From: Squalus acanthias
Taxonomy: Eukaryota
DNA length: 64,000 nucleotides
Assembly: GCA_030390025.1 (NCBI GenBank)
Contig: CM059432.1
Span: forward strand, 135,038,001-135,102,000
Reading direction: 5' to 3'
Position numbers and translations under genes: made by a program. Below the pieces are notes generated by a model. The model did not search any database. It was not told where the DNA came from and was given only the letters and a program-made list of their open reading frames with translations. Positions 39,191 to 52,266 of the stretch are shown here, one piece after another (positions within the stretch are counted from its first letter, which is position 1; every line of letters begins with the position of its first letter).

Positions 39191-40044
39191 ACTTAGTTTA
39201 GTCAGCACAAAGCAGTGGCCCTGATAATATATTGCTCACTACATAACATGAAATGGATCCCGCTGGTTAGTGGGAGCACAGGAAGAGTTTGGGAAATTGA
39301 ACTGGGTTACTAAAGCGCAACAGATTTCCCATGATCTAAAACATGCCTCAGCAGCTCTGGCTCAAGAGATTAACTCTGCACTTAAACTTTTGTATATAAA
39401 GGAAGGAGCACCAGGTGATGATAGTGTCTGAGAGAGCATTCCGCAGGTAGGAGAGGCAGAGCGTGAGGCTTTCTGCAGCTGGCTTTTGGTGAAATTGTTT
39501 TGACGTTACTGTACGCAGCACATTGCTGTGCAGCTGCAGCAGGTCTTGTGTTTCTCTCGCTGATAGAAACACGGGTGTCTAGTTTAAGCCTCGCGGTGCT
39601 GCTCCAATCGGGACTTTTAAAGGATTGAAAGCCATGCCACATCTGTTCAGTGCTGGAGAGTGTCGGCTCTGGCGCATAGGAGCTGCTGGGGTCAGTGGGA
39701 ACGAAACTGCTGCCCTAATCGAAGATGACTGACTTTGGCTCTTTAGGATGAAACTTGCCGTCCAGCAGCTTGCGTGCTTGTGTTAGCAGTAAATCAGCAG
39801 ATTCAAATTTCTCCCACTTCGGGGAGCCACGTTATCAGTCCCCGAAGCACAGCTAATTTGAATCCATTGATAACTCTCTCACTGCGCATGTACACTTGCC
39901 TTTGCTCTCGCAAGGAGTAGGCCATCTGTATCAAATACACTGCATGACTGGACTGCAGAGAGTCCGACACCAAGAGATGATTTTTGTGTGCAGCTTCTAA
40001 AATATGCTACAATATTCCACCACTGTATAGATAAAGGTTTTAAA

Positions 40045-40745
40045 AGAAAGACTTGCATTTATATAGCACCTTAAACGACCTCAGGATGTCCCAAAGCGCT
40101 TTACAGCCAATTAAGTACTTTTGAAGTGCAGTCACTGTTGTAATGTAGGAAACGCAGCAGCCAATTTGTGCACAGCAAGCTCCCACAAACAGCAATGATA
40201 ATGACCAGGCAACTTGTTTTCAAACCCTTCATGGCCTCGCCCCTCCCTATCTCTGTAATCTCCTTCAGCCCCACAGCCCCCCCCCCCCGCCCCACCCCGA
40301 GATATCTGCGCTCCTCTAATTCTGCCCTCTTGAGCATCCCTGATTATAATCGCTCAGCCATTGGTGGCCGTGCCTTCTGTTGCCTAGGCCCTAAGCTCTG
40401 GAATTCCCTGCCTAAACCTCTCCGCCTCGCTACCTCTCTTTCCTCCTTTAAGACGCTCCTTAAAACCTCTCTCTTTGACCAAGCTTTTGGTCACCTGCCC
40501 TAACTGTTCCTTATGTGGCTCGGTGTCAAAATTTTTGTCTTATAATACTCCTTTATATAGCGCCTTTAACGTAGTAAAACGTTCTAAGGCGCTATATAGA
40601 TACAAGTTTGTTGTTGTAATCTGTTTTAGTGATGTTGGTTAAAGGATAAATATTGGCCAGGACACCGGGGAGAACTCCCCTGCTCTTCTTCAAAATAGTG
40701 CCATGCCACCTGAGAGGGCAGTCGTTTAACGTCTTATCCGAAAGA
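40045..40745 (-). mobile_element. SacSINE1-like SINE interrupted by an L2 3' end (+, about 40213-40617)
   Basis: The SINE stops at atgaccag and resumes at aatctgttttagtgatg. The insert encodes YLRSSNS..GGRAF..LWNSLP..KTLLKT.LF. Confidence 0.85.
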
Positions 40746-40850
40746 TGAGATGTAACCATCAGGTACCATTGTGAATGTTTGCAAATGAAGCCATTGACAA
40801 ACTTATATTGCAGTGACGGGTGGCAATATCACAGTCTGAACAGAGTTATA

Positions 40851-41574
40851 GGGCTGGATTTTGATACTGGGGCAGGTTGGGGTCGTGTCATCCACTTTTC
40901 GTGTTATCCACCCGACTGCAATTGGATGTGGGAGATTGATGCGATTTTCACCTAATTGGGCAATTGAGTTCCAGCATGTGGGAACCCATGAACCAATTAG
41001 TGTTTTCAGTCTGAAAGTCGCCTCTGATGATGTCATCATTGCTGCTGCATTGAAGGTCTGCAAAGACTGCCTGGCCTTTGCTGTGAGAGGACCTGGAGGC
41101 AAAATGAGCAGCAGCAGCCCTAAGTCTGCTCCCAGATATTTTTGCACTACCACTCCCAGATATGTCTCCTCCTCATCCATCCATCCAGATATGTCTCCTC
41201 CTCATCCATCCATCCAGATATGTCTCCTCCTCATCCATCCATCCAGATATGTCTCCTCCTCATCCATCCATCCATACAGCCAAATGTGCTCCCGCCAGGT
41301 TTCATATTCGTGGTTCAGAACAGGCGTGCTTCACGTAGAACAAGGGTTAAAATCACAAAGGCCTTTCAAAATGGCATTATAGAGGCAATTTAGTGCTTGT
41401 TAAGGGCCTTAACAGCCTATCCTGCCTCTTAGAGGCGGGACGGAGTCGGGACCAGCAGACACGATTTAATGAAAATTGCGTGGAGGCGGGCTTGTGCCCA
41501 CCCGCCAGTTTTCGCAATTTTAACCCCCCACACGCCTCCAAACCCACCTCCACGGGTCAATGAAAATTCAGCCC
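40851..41574 (+). mobile_element. Harbinger-type MITE, paralog of 45747-46435
   Basis: TIRs gggctggatttt / aaaattcagccc; near-identical to the second copy. Confidence 0.88.
41156..41271. repeat. 29-bp minisatellite, four copies
   Basis: Unit ccagatatgtctcctcctcatccatccat. Confidence 0.92.
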
Positions 41575-43100
41575 ATCATCTTGTACATAATTTGGCTGCA
41601 AAGTAGTGAATTTGACTGACCAGCCCTTTCCATTGATTCTTATACACAAATACAGATATTGCACTGAGCAACACATGTACCGACTCAAGTGTAGCTTAAA
41701 CTACTAAAGCAGTATCAATGTTGTACTGTACATTTGTGTTCAATGAGGACTGATATTAACAACTCAATTTACCTCCTGGTATCAATTAGTTTAAAAATAT
41801 AAAGGCTAGAAGTTACCAGCTGTGATATTAACACACAAACGCTTAGTGTGATTCTATAACATGCCTCAGTCGGCTATTTTAACCAGCCTGTCAACCCAGT
41901 ATCGCCAGCGATTTGCAGCTCTGAATGTTTAAAAATAAAGCTGCACTTCGCTTTTGATGGTCTGTTTATGCTAAACAAAATCAGGTTTCGGATAAACTTC
42001 CCATCTAAAGGTGTTACTCAGAGCTTGCCAAGTTTGCAAAGAATGGATAGAGTTAGATGAAGTAGGGTGAGAGGAGGCTCGTGCGGGCCATAAACACCGG
42101 CATAGACCAGTTAGGCCGAATGGCCTGTTTCTGTGCTGCAAATTCTGTTTAATAACTTCTTTCCACTTTCCCCGCCCAAAATACATTAAAAATAAACATA
42201 ATTATTATTTCAAAGGATCCTCGTTTCTGTTTGTATATCAGTGAATTGATTTGATCCAGATACAGGTCTTTATTTCAGTGCCAAGTAGTGAACTGTTGCA
42301 TATGGTGCAGTATTGTGTCTGTTACCAGAGTGTAGGCACATTGAAGGGGTAAGGCTGCTAACCGTTATGTATTCTCATTAATTGTTCCCATTGCAAAATG
42401 ATAAACCACCACACAATGAAGAATGTGGGAAGTGATGGAAAGTAACCTCACCAGTTAGCTCATGACATAATTTGGAACGCACTCAAAATATTAATACCAA
42501 CCTTTATAAATCCCCTGCTGCAAAATGACTATAGAACCTTACACAGTCAGCTGTGTAATACTTGAATGCTCCTGGGTCTTAGAATACGCTTTATTTCTAT
42601 ATTGGAATCGCTTTTCATATTAATTCTCAAGATTTGAAAACTACTGGAGATAAACCAGGCACCAAATCTTTCTGCAAAAAAAACGCCTACTTAGAAAGAT
42701 TAACTTTTTGGAGATATTTACCTTTAGCTGCAATAATCAGTTTTAATTACACAACAAAGGATATTCACTGCCTACTCCAAGAACACAAAAATAATCAGTG
42801 ACCCCATTTTTATAACTCACGAATGATGAAATGCAGTGAAGTGACAACAGCTGAAATGCTCTACAGGACATTTATACCATGTGTTTTTAATTTTGAGGAC
42901 CAGTTTTATTAGATTTTAACTGTGGGTTCAAATTTCAAAAACGCCTCTGTAGTTCGAGCTTGCACTTCATCTTTTCCTTGCGTTCATACAAGTTGACTGT
43001 ATTCACCACCATCAAACTGATTTGTACAAACAAGCCACATTACTGTGGGGGTGAGTGTTTATTATGCAAATAGTGAGCGACATATTATTTACTGAATTAT

Positions 43101-43550
43101 TCAGTGGTAACACTCTCTCGCCTCTGAGTCAGAAGGTTGTGGGTTCAAATCCCACTCCAGAGACTTGAGCACAAAATCCAGGCTGATACTCCAGTGCAGT
43201 GCTGAGGGAGTGCTGCACTGTCGGAGGTGCTGTCTTTTGGCTGAGATGTTAAACCGAGGCCCCATCTGCCTCTCAGGTGAGCGTAAAAGATCCCACGGCA
43301 CTATTCGAAGAGGAGCAGGGGAGTTCTCCCCGGTGTCCTGGCCAATATTTATCCCTCAACCAAACACCTAAAATCAAATGATCTGGTCAATTATCACGTG
43401 GTTTGAGGGACTTTACCGTGCGCAAATTGGCTGTCGCATTTCTACATTACAACAGTGACTACATTTCAAAAGTAATTAATTGGCTGTAAAGTACTTCGGG
43501 AGGTCCTGAGATTATGAAAGGCGCTGTATAAATGCAAGTCTTTTCTTTCT
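43101..43550 (+). mobile_element. Near full-length SacSINE1-like SINE
   Basis: tRNA-like head, Deu-like core and tail. Confidence 0.9.
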
Positions 43551-44013
43551 TTAATTGCTACCACTGCAGGGAAATCATTAAATAATGCGCAACTTGGAGA
43601 GAATACATCAAAATATAGCATTGGCAACAACAATTTTAGAAATCTTCCCTTTTTTTTTAGTGACTGTGCTCAAAGTGAGGTATATCAGCACTGGACACTA
43701 TTCGAGTACCTACTGCCAGCATAAAGCTGGGTAAGATGAGCGATAACGAGCCCTGAATTGAGCCCAACCAATCTCATCAGCAGAGCACCACCTAAAAATG
43801 CACCTTATTCTCCTTCAGTTTGTGAGCTGAATGGTGATACATGCTCATCAGAAGCCTGCTGAAATTCCTTTCACACAGGAATGTTTTAAAGCTGAGAGAG
43901 AGAAGACTTTACGCTCATCAGCCTGAGATACAACAGTCTCTTTTTACCACAGTGACCGAGACCAATGGGAATGTACTTAAGTAAGGTTCTTTTTTTCCTG
44001 TAATAATAGACTT

Positions 44014-44515
44014 AGTAACATTGCCCGACTCCACCCCTGCCTCAGCTCATCTGCTGCTGAAACCCTCATCCATGCCTTTGTTACCTCTAGACTTGACTGT
44101 TCCAATGCCCTCCTGGCTGGCCTCCCACGTTCTACCCTCCGTAAATATGAGGCCAGCCAAAACTCTGCTGCCCGTGTCCTAATCACACCAAGTCCCGTTC
44201 ACCCCTGTGCTCGCTGACCTACATTGTCTACCAGTTAAGCAATGCCTCGATTTTAAAATTCCCATCTTTGTTTTTAAATCCCTTAATAGTCTCGCCCCTC
44301 CCTATCTCGGTATCTTCCTCCAGCCTTACAACCTACCAAAAGATCTGCGCTCCTCCAATTCTGGCCTCTTGTGCATCCCTGATTTTAATCGCTCCACCAT
44401 TGACGGCCGTGCTTTCAGCTGCCAAGGCCCTAAGCTCTGGAATCCTCTCCCTAAACCTCTCCACCTCTCTCTCCTCCTTTAAGACGCTGCTTAAAACCTA
44501 CCTCTTAGGCCAAGC
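44014..44515 (+). mobile_element. L2 LINE ORF2 C-terminal fragment
   Basis: AETLIHAFVTSRLD.SNALLAGLP and LADLH.LPV..RSSNSGLL..LWN.LP peptides. Confidence 0.88.
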
Positions 44516-44882
44516 AAGTGGGAAGGCTATGGGTTTGTATGACTTTCAAAGTATTGACAGCAGTTATTTTCTTTGAGATAGGCTTGAAAATCATGTGGGT
44601 TCAAAAAACCATATAGCATGGCTAAGTGTGCTTTGCATAAGAATGCAAAACAATGAGCTCACCAATGCAAATCTTTGGAAAATCAGATCTTATTTTCCTT
44701 AACAAAATATTTTGTACACTGGACATACTACATTGCTTTCCACATAATGGGCCGGATATTCCGATCCCTATGGGCATGTAAACGCTGTGTACACACCCGT
44801 AGGGACATCGGAAATGCCGGTTTCAGGCATGCGAAGTGCATGCACTGAAAACCAGCATTTCCGATCTGTCAAGAATGCTCTT

Positions 44883-45107
44883 AAGTGAGAAGTCGCACAA
44901 CACCAGGTTATAGTCCAACAGTTTTATTTGAAATCACAAGCTTTCGGAGCGCTGCTCCTTCGTCAGGTGAAGTGAAGAGACTTCACCTGACGAAGGAGCA
45001 GCGCTCCGAAAGCTTGTGATTTCAAATAAAACTGTTGGACTATAACCTGGTGTTGTGCGACTTCTCACTTTTGTCCACCCCAGTCCAACACCGGCATCTC
45101 CGCATCA
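44883..45107. mobile_element. PLE-type family A fold-back insertion, copy 3 (reversed), inside a MITE that starts at about 44749
   Basis: Perfect inverted arms of ~90 bp, a tiny loop, a TSD of at least 11 bp (agaatgctctt) and two hammerhead motifs. Confidence 0.9.
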
Positions 45108-45746
45108 AGAATGCTCTTGACAGATCGGACGCCTGCCCTGGAGAAAGGCCTCTGCGGGCGGATAGTTCCGCTTTCTGGAGAACCTCCGCAGAAAACCCTT
45201 AGAAATCTTACGCCTGGTAAAAGCGACGAGGGCTCCGGAGATGGTCGTGATCGGCAACCTCTGGGAGCTCGGACCCGAGACTGGCCAGCAGCAGACTGAA
45301 TCATCTCGGACAGTGCTGGAACCGTCCGGCCCTTTTCACTTCCTGGCACCATGGCATGCATTGGTTGAGAACGTGGTAGATGAGCAGGCGTGCTGTCCTC
45401 GTGAGAGAGAGAGAGCAACCTTTGCCCCTCCCATTGAGCCGTTGCCAATCCCATGCGTGCAAGCAGCACACTACGCCCACTGATCTTTGAGAGAGAGCAG
45501 ACTGTAGGAGGCCCCTGTGGCGATTAAAGGCTGTCCAAGGCGAAGGAGATGATGGAGCCTGGATGATGCATGAACATCCCCGAGAGATGGTATCACTGCT
45601 GCCACGACTCCTGCACGAAGGGTTCAGGTGCAGCATCCACGGAGGTGCCCACCCTCGATGGATGACTGTAGAGTTAATTAAGGAGATGGTATCGCCCTTC
45701 ATATGACTAACCCCCACTTTGAACGGGAGCTCGGGATACACTTTTC

Positions 45747-46049
45747 GGGCTGGATTTTGATACTGGGGCGGGTTGGGGTCGTGTTATCCACTTTTCGTGT
45801 TATCCACCCGACTGCAATTGGATGTGGGAGATTGATGCAATTTTCACCTAATTGGGCAATTGAGTTCCAGCTTGTGGGAACCCATGAACCAATTAGTGTT
45901 TTCAGTCTGAAAGTCGCCTCTGATGATGTCATCATTGCTGCTGCATTGAAGGTCTGCAAAGACTGCCTGGCCTTTGATGTGAGAGGACCTGGATGCAAAA
46001 TGAGCAGCAGCAGCCCTAAGTCTGCTCCCAGATATTTTTACACCACCAC

Positions 46050-46127
<78 letters not shown>

Positions 46128-46435
46128 AGCCAAATGTGCTCCCGCCAGGTTTCACAATCGTGTTTCAGAACAGGCGTGCTTCACATAGAACAAGGGTTAA
46201 AATCACAAAGGCCTTTCAAAATGGCATTATAGAGCCAATTTAGTGCTTGTTAAGGGCCTTAACAGCCTATCCCGTCTCTTAGAGGCGTGACGGAGTCGGG
46301 ACCAGCAGACACGATTTAATGAAAATTGCGTGGAGGCGGGATGGAGGCGGACTTGTGCCCGCCTGCCAGTTTTCGCAATTTTAACCCCCCACACGCTTCC
46401 AAACCCGCCTCCACGGGTCAATGAAAATGCAGCCC
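45747..46435 (+). mobile_element. Harbinger-type MITE with an internal (GA)n tract (46054-46124)
   Basis: TIRs and a 3-bp TSD ttc. Confidence 0.88.
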
Positions 46436-46825
46436 TTCATCTCTATTCCCCTCCACATAAACTGCACAACTTTATCATGTTTGGCCTTTAACAACGGCTT
46501 CACAGTCCTTTACAAACCCATTTTAGGCCATGAGGAAGATTTAGAGTAGCTGTAATAATAGATAAAAGTTCATAACCATTTTCTGTTCACTCACATCTAC
46601 TTTTTCAGGAAATTTAACACTTAGAAGAATATGTTCCCCTTAATTTTTACAGCTGAGTTCAAAACCTAATGTCTTGGGGGAGGGGAGCCAAAATTGTACC
46701 AATTCAGCCACGATCTCGGCAGGGGGGGGGGCGCGCGCGGGTGAAAGAACTGTATTAAGAGTGATCCCTCCCCTTATTGCTTACATATCTGTCTTTCAGA
46801 CCAAGCAAAGAGGGCTATTGTTGAT

Positions 46826-47090
46826 GTCTGAAATGAGGGGAAATTTCTTCACTCAAAGGGTTGTGAATCTTTGGAATTCTCTACCCCCAGAGGGCTGTGG
46901 ATGCTCAGTCGTCAAGTATAGTCAAGGCTGAGATTGATAGATTTTTGGACACTAAGGGAGTCAAGGGATATGGGGATAGTGCAGGATGGTGGAGATGAGG
47001 TAGAAGATCAGCCATGATCTTACTGAATTGCGGAGCAGGCTCGAAGGGCCAAATGGCCTACTCCTGCTCCTATTTCTTATGTTCTTATGT
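46826..47090 (+). mobile_element. CR1 3' end
   Basis: EMRGNFFTQRVVNLWNSLP peptide, 3'UTR and ttcttatgttcttatg tail. Confidence 0.88.
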
Positions 47091-47217
47091 CTTTGGCAGG
47101 GCCAGAATGCCAGACAGACCCACCCTCTGGATTGAGGCCAATGTGAAGGGCGGGTGGGGGAAGAGGAGATGAGCAAATTACCAAATTAAAAAGCTTCCTG
47201 AATTAATTGATGTGCTA

Positions 47218-47352
47218 CTGCTGTGCGCAAATTGGCTGCTGCGTTTCCTACATTACAACAGTGACTACACTTCAAAAGTACTTCATTGGCTATAAAGCGC
47301 TTTGGGACGTCCTGAGGTCGTGAAAGGCGCTATATAAATGTAAGTCTTTCTT
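47218..47352 (+). mobile_element. SacSINE1-like 3' fragment
   Basis: SINE tail. Confidence 0.85.
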
Positions 47353-48889
47353 TTTACTCATATTGCACTCTGTCAATCTGGTAGCCCACTTCAGTGGATT
47401 GTGTGTTTGAACATCTTATTTAGATGTATGAAGGATTAAATTATGATAGGATATCGCCAGTTCAGAAGACTAAAATTATCTTGTTTCAATTATTTTTGAC
47501 AAGTGGGGGAAATATTTAAATGTCAATTGCAGTCAATAACATTTAAAAAAAATAGCAATTTTAGCAAAATAAAGCATCCGAAGTATTTAAGCCCGTTTAA
47601 TAATTTGTGGCAAGTTTATTTTCCCTTGACACCTTGGGTGACATTTTAGTTTTCATAGTTGTTTTTTAAAATAGTTCTTAGATATTATGGTCTGTTGCAT
47701 AGCAGGATGGGATTTGATGGGTGGTCTCGGAAACTGTGGGTGCACAGATGACAGCTTTTACATGAATATCCTAAACTGTACCCATGGGAGCCTTGGGCTT
47801 CGACTGTTTAAAGCTGCCTCAGCAAAGGTGTTATTCAATGGAGGGTATTCAAGTGCTCCACAGACCACACACACGGCACAGCTTCAGAAGCTGAGTTATT
47901 CTGAAAGTAATTCTTAAGGATTGGTTATGTTTTTCTAAATACTTCAGTTGATGTTCTTTGCAGACTTAGATAGTCACCAATTTGTACGTGAGCATGTGAA
48001 GTGTATAGCAGCCAAACCGGCTTGTCGTTACAGTCAGGTCACAAAAATAGCGAATAACCAGGACCACAGCTTTAAAATATCATTCTGTTAATATGCGCTT
48101 GATTGGTAGAAAATTTGTATTATTGCAGTCTTGCAACAGCCTGATTAACGTAACAGATTAGCTCTTCTCTAGATCTTTGGGGCTTCCAGTCTTTTACCTG
48201 TACCTGGCACAATTGTGTTTCTTTTTAAAGTGTTTGGTGCTCATCATGGGGAAGGGAATATTTTCTATTTCAGGGAGCCTGTGTCAGTTTCAAGCACTCT
48301 CAAGAAAGGCGCAGCACAGTTAGATGCAGAGGAAAGCTCTGCTTCATCCCAACAATGTGCATCAACCCTAACCTCAGACGAACGCCCCTACTACACCAAT
48401 ATAACATTTGCCATTTCCCATACCAGTCATCCCAGGTTTCTCTGAATGAGATTGTCACTTATTTTGCACTGTATTTGGGAATTGATCAATGTTGATTTGA
48501 ACCAGTAGTGACCTAACTCATTACTCCAACCAAACCCTGAGATCAGTTCTACTGATCCTTGCCAGGTTGCTAGACAGAGCACCCTGTGACTGCTGAGTGC
48601 CTGAGTGCTTCACTCTGGGGGCAGGGAGTAGATGAAACAAGTACATACATTCAATACGGTCATATGATACATTTAATCAACTGTGATGTAATGCATTGAT
48701 GACAGTGGTGAAATTTGGCACAGATTACACAGAATGGATAATTTTAGCACAATTAAATAAAGATACAACTTACATTTGTAAAGATCCTTTAACCTGGAAA
48801 CCATTCCAAGATGCTTCACAGCTAGATGCAAGGCAAATGGATGCTATGCCAGGAAGGGCGAGGCTTACTGAAATCTTGGTCAAAGACAT

Positions 48890-49780
48890 GGTAAAAATTC
48901 AGTTGGTTGCGCCTCCCGTTAGCGCCTTAAGAGGGCGCTAATGGGGCGCAAAGCCGCTAACGCCCGGGCGCAGCGATGGTTGCGCCGCTCGGGAACTTAA
49001 CTAGAGATTGTGCGGCGGCGCTAAAACTTACCGCTGCGACCACCTGCGCGCGCAGATTATGACGTCATTCCATGGTGCAACGCCCTTGTGGCGCCCCGGA
49101 GCGGAAATTGAGTGGCGCCCCCTGCCTTACCGCCTGGCGCATCCAACGACCAGAAGACTGGAACGCTATCAATCGCTGTGGGGCTGGGGGGGGCGCTATT
49201 TAAAGGGGGCCTCTTCCTGTCTTTTATTGTTGGTGGCATTTTTGAACTACGCATTCTGAGAGAGAGAGGGAGAGACTTCTGGAGAGATTCAACGTTGTGT
49301 GAAGGAGTTTTGGGTACTGAGCAGCACTTTGCAGGTTCATTTTGATTTGCCATTCCTTGTATCGATTTAGCAGAGACTGTGGGAGCTGCACTCTGAGCTC
49401 TTTGCCTGGTACTCTCCATTGTTCTTTCCAGCACATTTGATGTGCAAGTCTCTCCAGGCCGAGATTCAAGGCTGCAATGAACAGGATGTGGATGGAAAGC
49501 AAGATTAACCATCCCCTTTAAGAACTTACCCGTGCCATTGTGTGTGTGTTCCATTGCTGACTGACATTACATGAGCTTCGCCAGCGCTCTGAGTTAGCGC
49601 CTCACTCCTTGGCCTTTGCGCCTTAAGACAGGTGTGCAGCGCCTGATTTAGCGCTCCACTCACCTCCCGGGGCGGTAAAAGTGAAGTTTCCAGTCAGTGC
49701 CGATAATTAGCGCCAGGCGCTAATATTTGCGTCCAGACGATATTTGCGCCCCAAATGGGGCGCGACCTAATTTTTACCCC
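48890..49780. mobile_element. CpG-rich MITE-like element or elements with gcgcc subterminal repeats
   Basis: Ends ggtaaaaattcag / ctaatttttacccc and many gcgcc/tagcgcc repeats. Confidence 0.5.
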
Positions 49781-49785
49781 ATGTA

Positions 49786-51116
49786 GTTTGAGAAGGTTTT
49801 TAAAAGGAGGAAAGAGAGGTGGAGAGGTTTGGGGAGGCAATTCCAGAGAGTAAGACTTTGGTGGCTGATAGCTCTGCCACCAATAATGTGGTAAAGGATG
49901 GGGGAATGCACAAAGATTGGAGTCAGAGGAATGGAGAGTGTTCGAGTATGGGTATAGGTTTCGAGGAGATTGCAGAGCTAGGTTGGGGTGAGGCCATGGC
50001 GTGATGTAAATAGAGACGAGGAATTTGAATTGAATGCACTGGGAGACGGAGAGTGAATGTAGGTCAGTGAGATCAGCGGTGATGGGTGAGTAAGACATAG
50101 GCCGCGATTTTTCCGGCGCGCAGAGGGCAGGTTTGGAGGCGGGTCAGAGGTTAAATTCGATTTGATTGATGGCGGGTTCCGATCCCGCCGTCAACTCGCC
50201 TCCAAACAGCTTTCCCAAGTGTCGGGTCCCCGATTTGCGAATGGACCCGACACCTAGCGGCGGGAAGCGGATTAAAGGCAATTACCTGCCTATTAGCAGG
50301 TACTTGCCAGTAGTTTTCAGCCTGTTTTGGGATTTTCCCGCTTCTGGGTCGGGTTCCCCGACGTCTGGACACCACGCCAGGTAAGTGTGGCTTGTTGTGA
50401 GTCTGCTGTAATGTTTGTGGAATGATGACATTTGCAGAAGTGGTGTGAAGGATCCAATGTTACACATGGTGAGTTTCAGAGCAAAGAAAATGTTGGTTAC
50501 TGCATTTTTTAAACATTTACAGATTTCTTTAGCTTACTAGTTTTTAAATCCAACTATATGTCCAGTGCCACCTCACTGGGAGAACATCTCTCGCCAGTGA
50601 CAGATCGCTCTGTCACTTCACCTGCAGCTGCCATCTATTCCAGCATATGGAGGGAGTCATTGGAGAGCCTGGGTGAAAGGGTTCACCTTTGTGCAGTGAT
50701 TGTCAGTGTTTTCAGCACCTCAATGCTGTCAAACACTGAGAAACCAACTGTCAAAATAAAATTGTGCGTGGCCCCTTTAAGGAAACCGGCAGATGACACG
50801 TCATCAAATGACGTCATCAGACACGCTTCCTGTTAATTGGCCGGCAAGCCGCAGGGCGGGCTGAACAAGGTCAACCAAGGGAAAATCACGTCTGTGGCGC
50901 GGATGCAGCTGGGGGCGAGACTGGAAGCCGGAAACCAGCTGTCCCGCACCCAATCCGACACTGATGATAAAATCACGGCCATAGTGTGGGCCTAGATTTG
51001 TGTGGCAGTGTTTTGGCTAAGTTGGAGTTTATGGATGGTGGACGATTGGAGAATAATAGAGAGGGCATTGAAGTAATCAAGTTTGGTGGTCATGAAGGCA
51101 TGTACAAGGGCTTCAA
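49786..51116 (-). mobile_element. L2 fragment interrupted by a Harbinger derivative
   Basis: SPITADLTDLHSL.V..IQFK peptide; L2 resumes after 50980. Confidence 0.7.
50100..50980. mobile_element. Non-autonomous Harbinger derivative, a shorter relative of 32558-33920
   Basis: TIRs ggccgcgatttt / aaaatcacggcc and TSD ata. Colinear with the 32558 element apart from a further ~540-bp deletion. Confidence 0.88.
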
Positions 51117-52266
51117 CACCAAAGTGAGGTTCCAATCTTTGGTCCTCATTCAAAACATACCTTTTTTGTAATTAAAGGTCACAACCATAATTAACAAAAA
51201 TAAATGATGTATTGAATAATGTAATTTTGATTTTTATTTCAGTCACGAAGAAGACCTGAAAAACTGTGACCATTTAATATGCTTTGTTGTGGAAATCCAG
51301 CACAATTTAGGATAACGATGGCAGTGAAAATTTACAAAAAGTTTTTTTTTTTTAAGACTAGGAAAATATTCAACCCCCAATCATATTGAATAATTCTGAC
51401 GCACTCAGAGATACACATATTTATATTTTAGAATTGCCACTCTGAAACTGAATTTCTTCAGTCCCACTCAGCAATACAAAGGCATGTTCAGCCATTATTT
51501 GAAACGGTTTACTAATTCAGGATGGAGACATTTAAAATACATTTCAGCTTCATAAAATCTATAATAAGTTTCATTACCATACTCTGAGGAAGTTCATGTA
51601 TCACATTATGGATAAGATTGACTGCACTGCTGGGACACATAATGCTGAGCGTTAAATCACGGGCCAATGAGATCATATAATCACATTTCTTATTCTCACA
51701 GAATGTATAATGTAAACTATTTTAAAGTATTTAACCTTGAAGGCTTTATGATAGATTAGTTAGAGTACCTTTTTTCTCCAAAAAAATATAAAGGTAGTAC
51801 TTTATAAAGCTGACTGAAAATCTCTGCCTTGCATTAGCATTTTGAATTTCAAAATAGCTTTCTTTATTTCAATACTTCAATCAGGTACACAAACTCCAGC
51901 AAGCTGTTTGGCATTGCACAGCTCTGAAAAAAAAGGTATTGCTTTAAAAAAAAAATGCTCCCCACCTTCTCTAGAAGGTAGTAACTCAACGTGCTCAGGC
52001 TGAAGTACAATTTCACGGACACTGGCAGCATTCTGGTATCTTGCATGAGTGGCCATTCTTCATGAGTGAGCCCAGACTCTAGGCATTTTACCATGGGACA
52101 CGTCAATGACAAGCCCGATCTTGACCCCACCAATCATCCACATGCTTCGATATCCTCACAGGAGGCTGTTCAATAGTGATCTGAAGTGCAACAGGGATGC
52201 GATGCTTTCTGGTATTGCTACTATCACTGTAGCCAGCTAGTGCTTGATGGTTATGCACTAAAATAA

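Noticed and set aside
38645..39196. 183-aa Pro/His/Ser-rich ORF
   Set aside because: Open because the C-rich low-complexity sequence lacks stop codons.
41156..41271. CRISPR-like 29-bp repeats
   Set aside because: Head-to-tail units with no spacers, eukaryotic context and no cas genes; it is a minisatellite.
40861..41382. Duplicated ORFs (also 45703-46056) suggesting a gene family
   Set aside because: Both lie inside copies of the same non-coding MITE.
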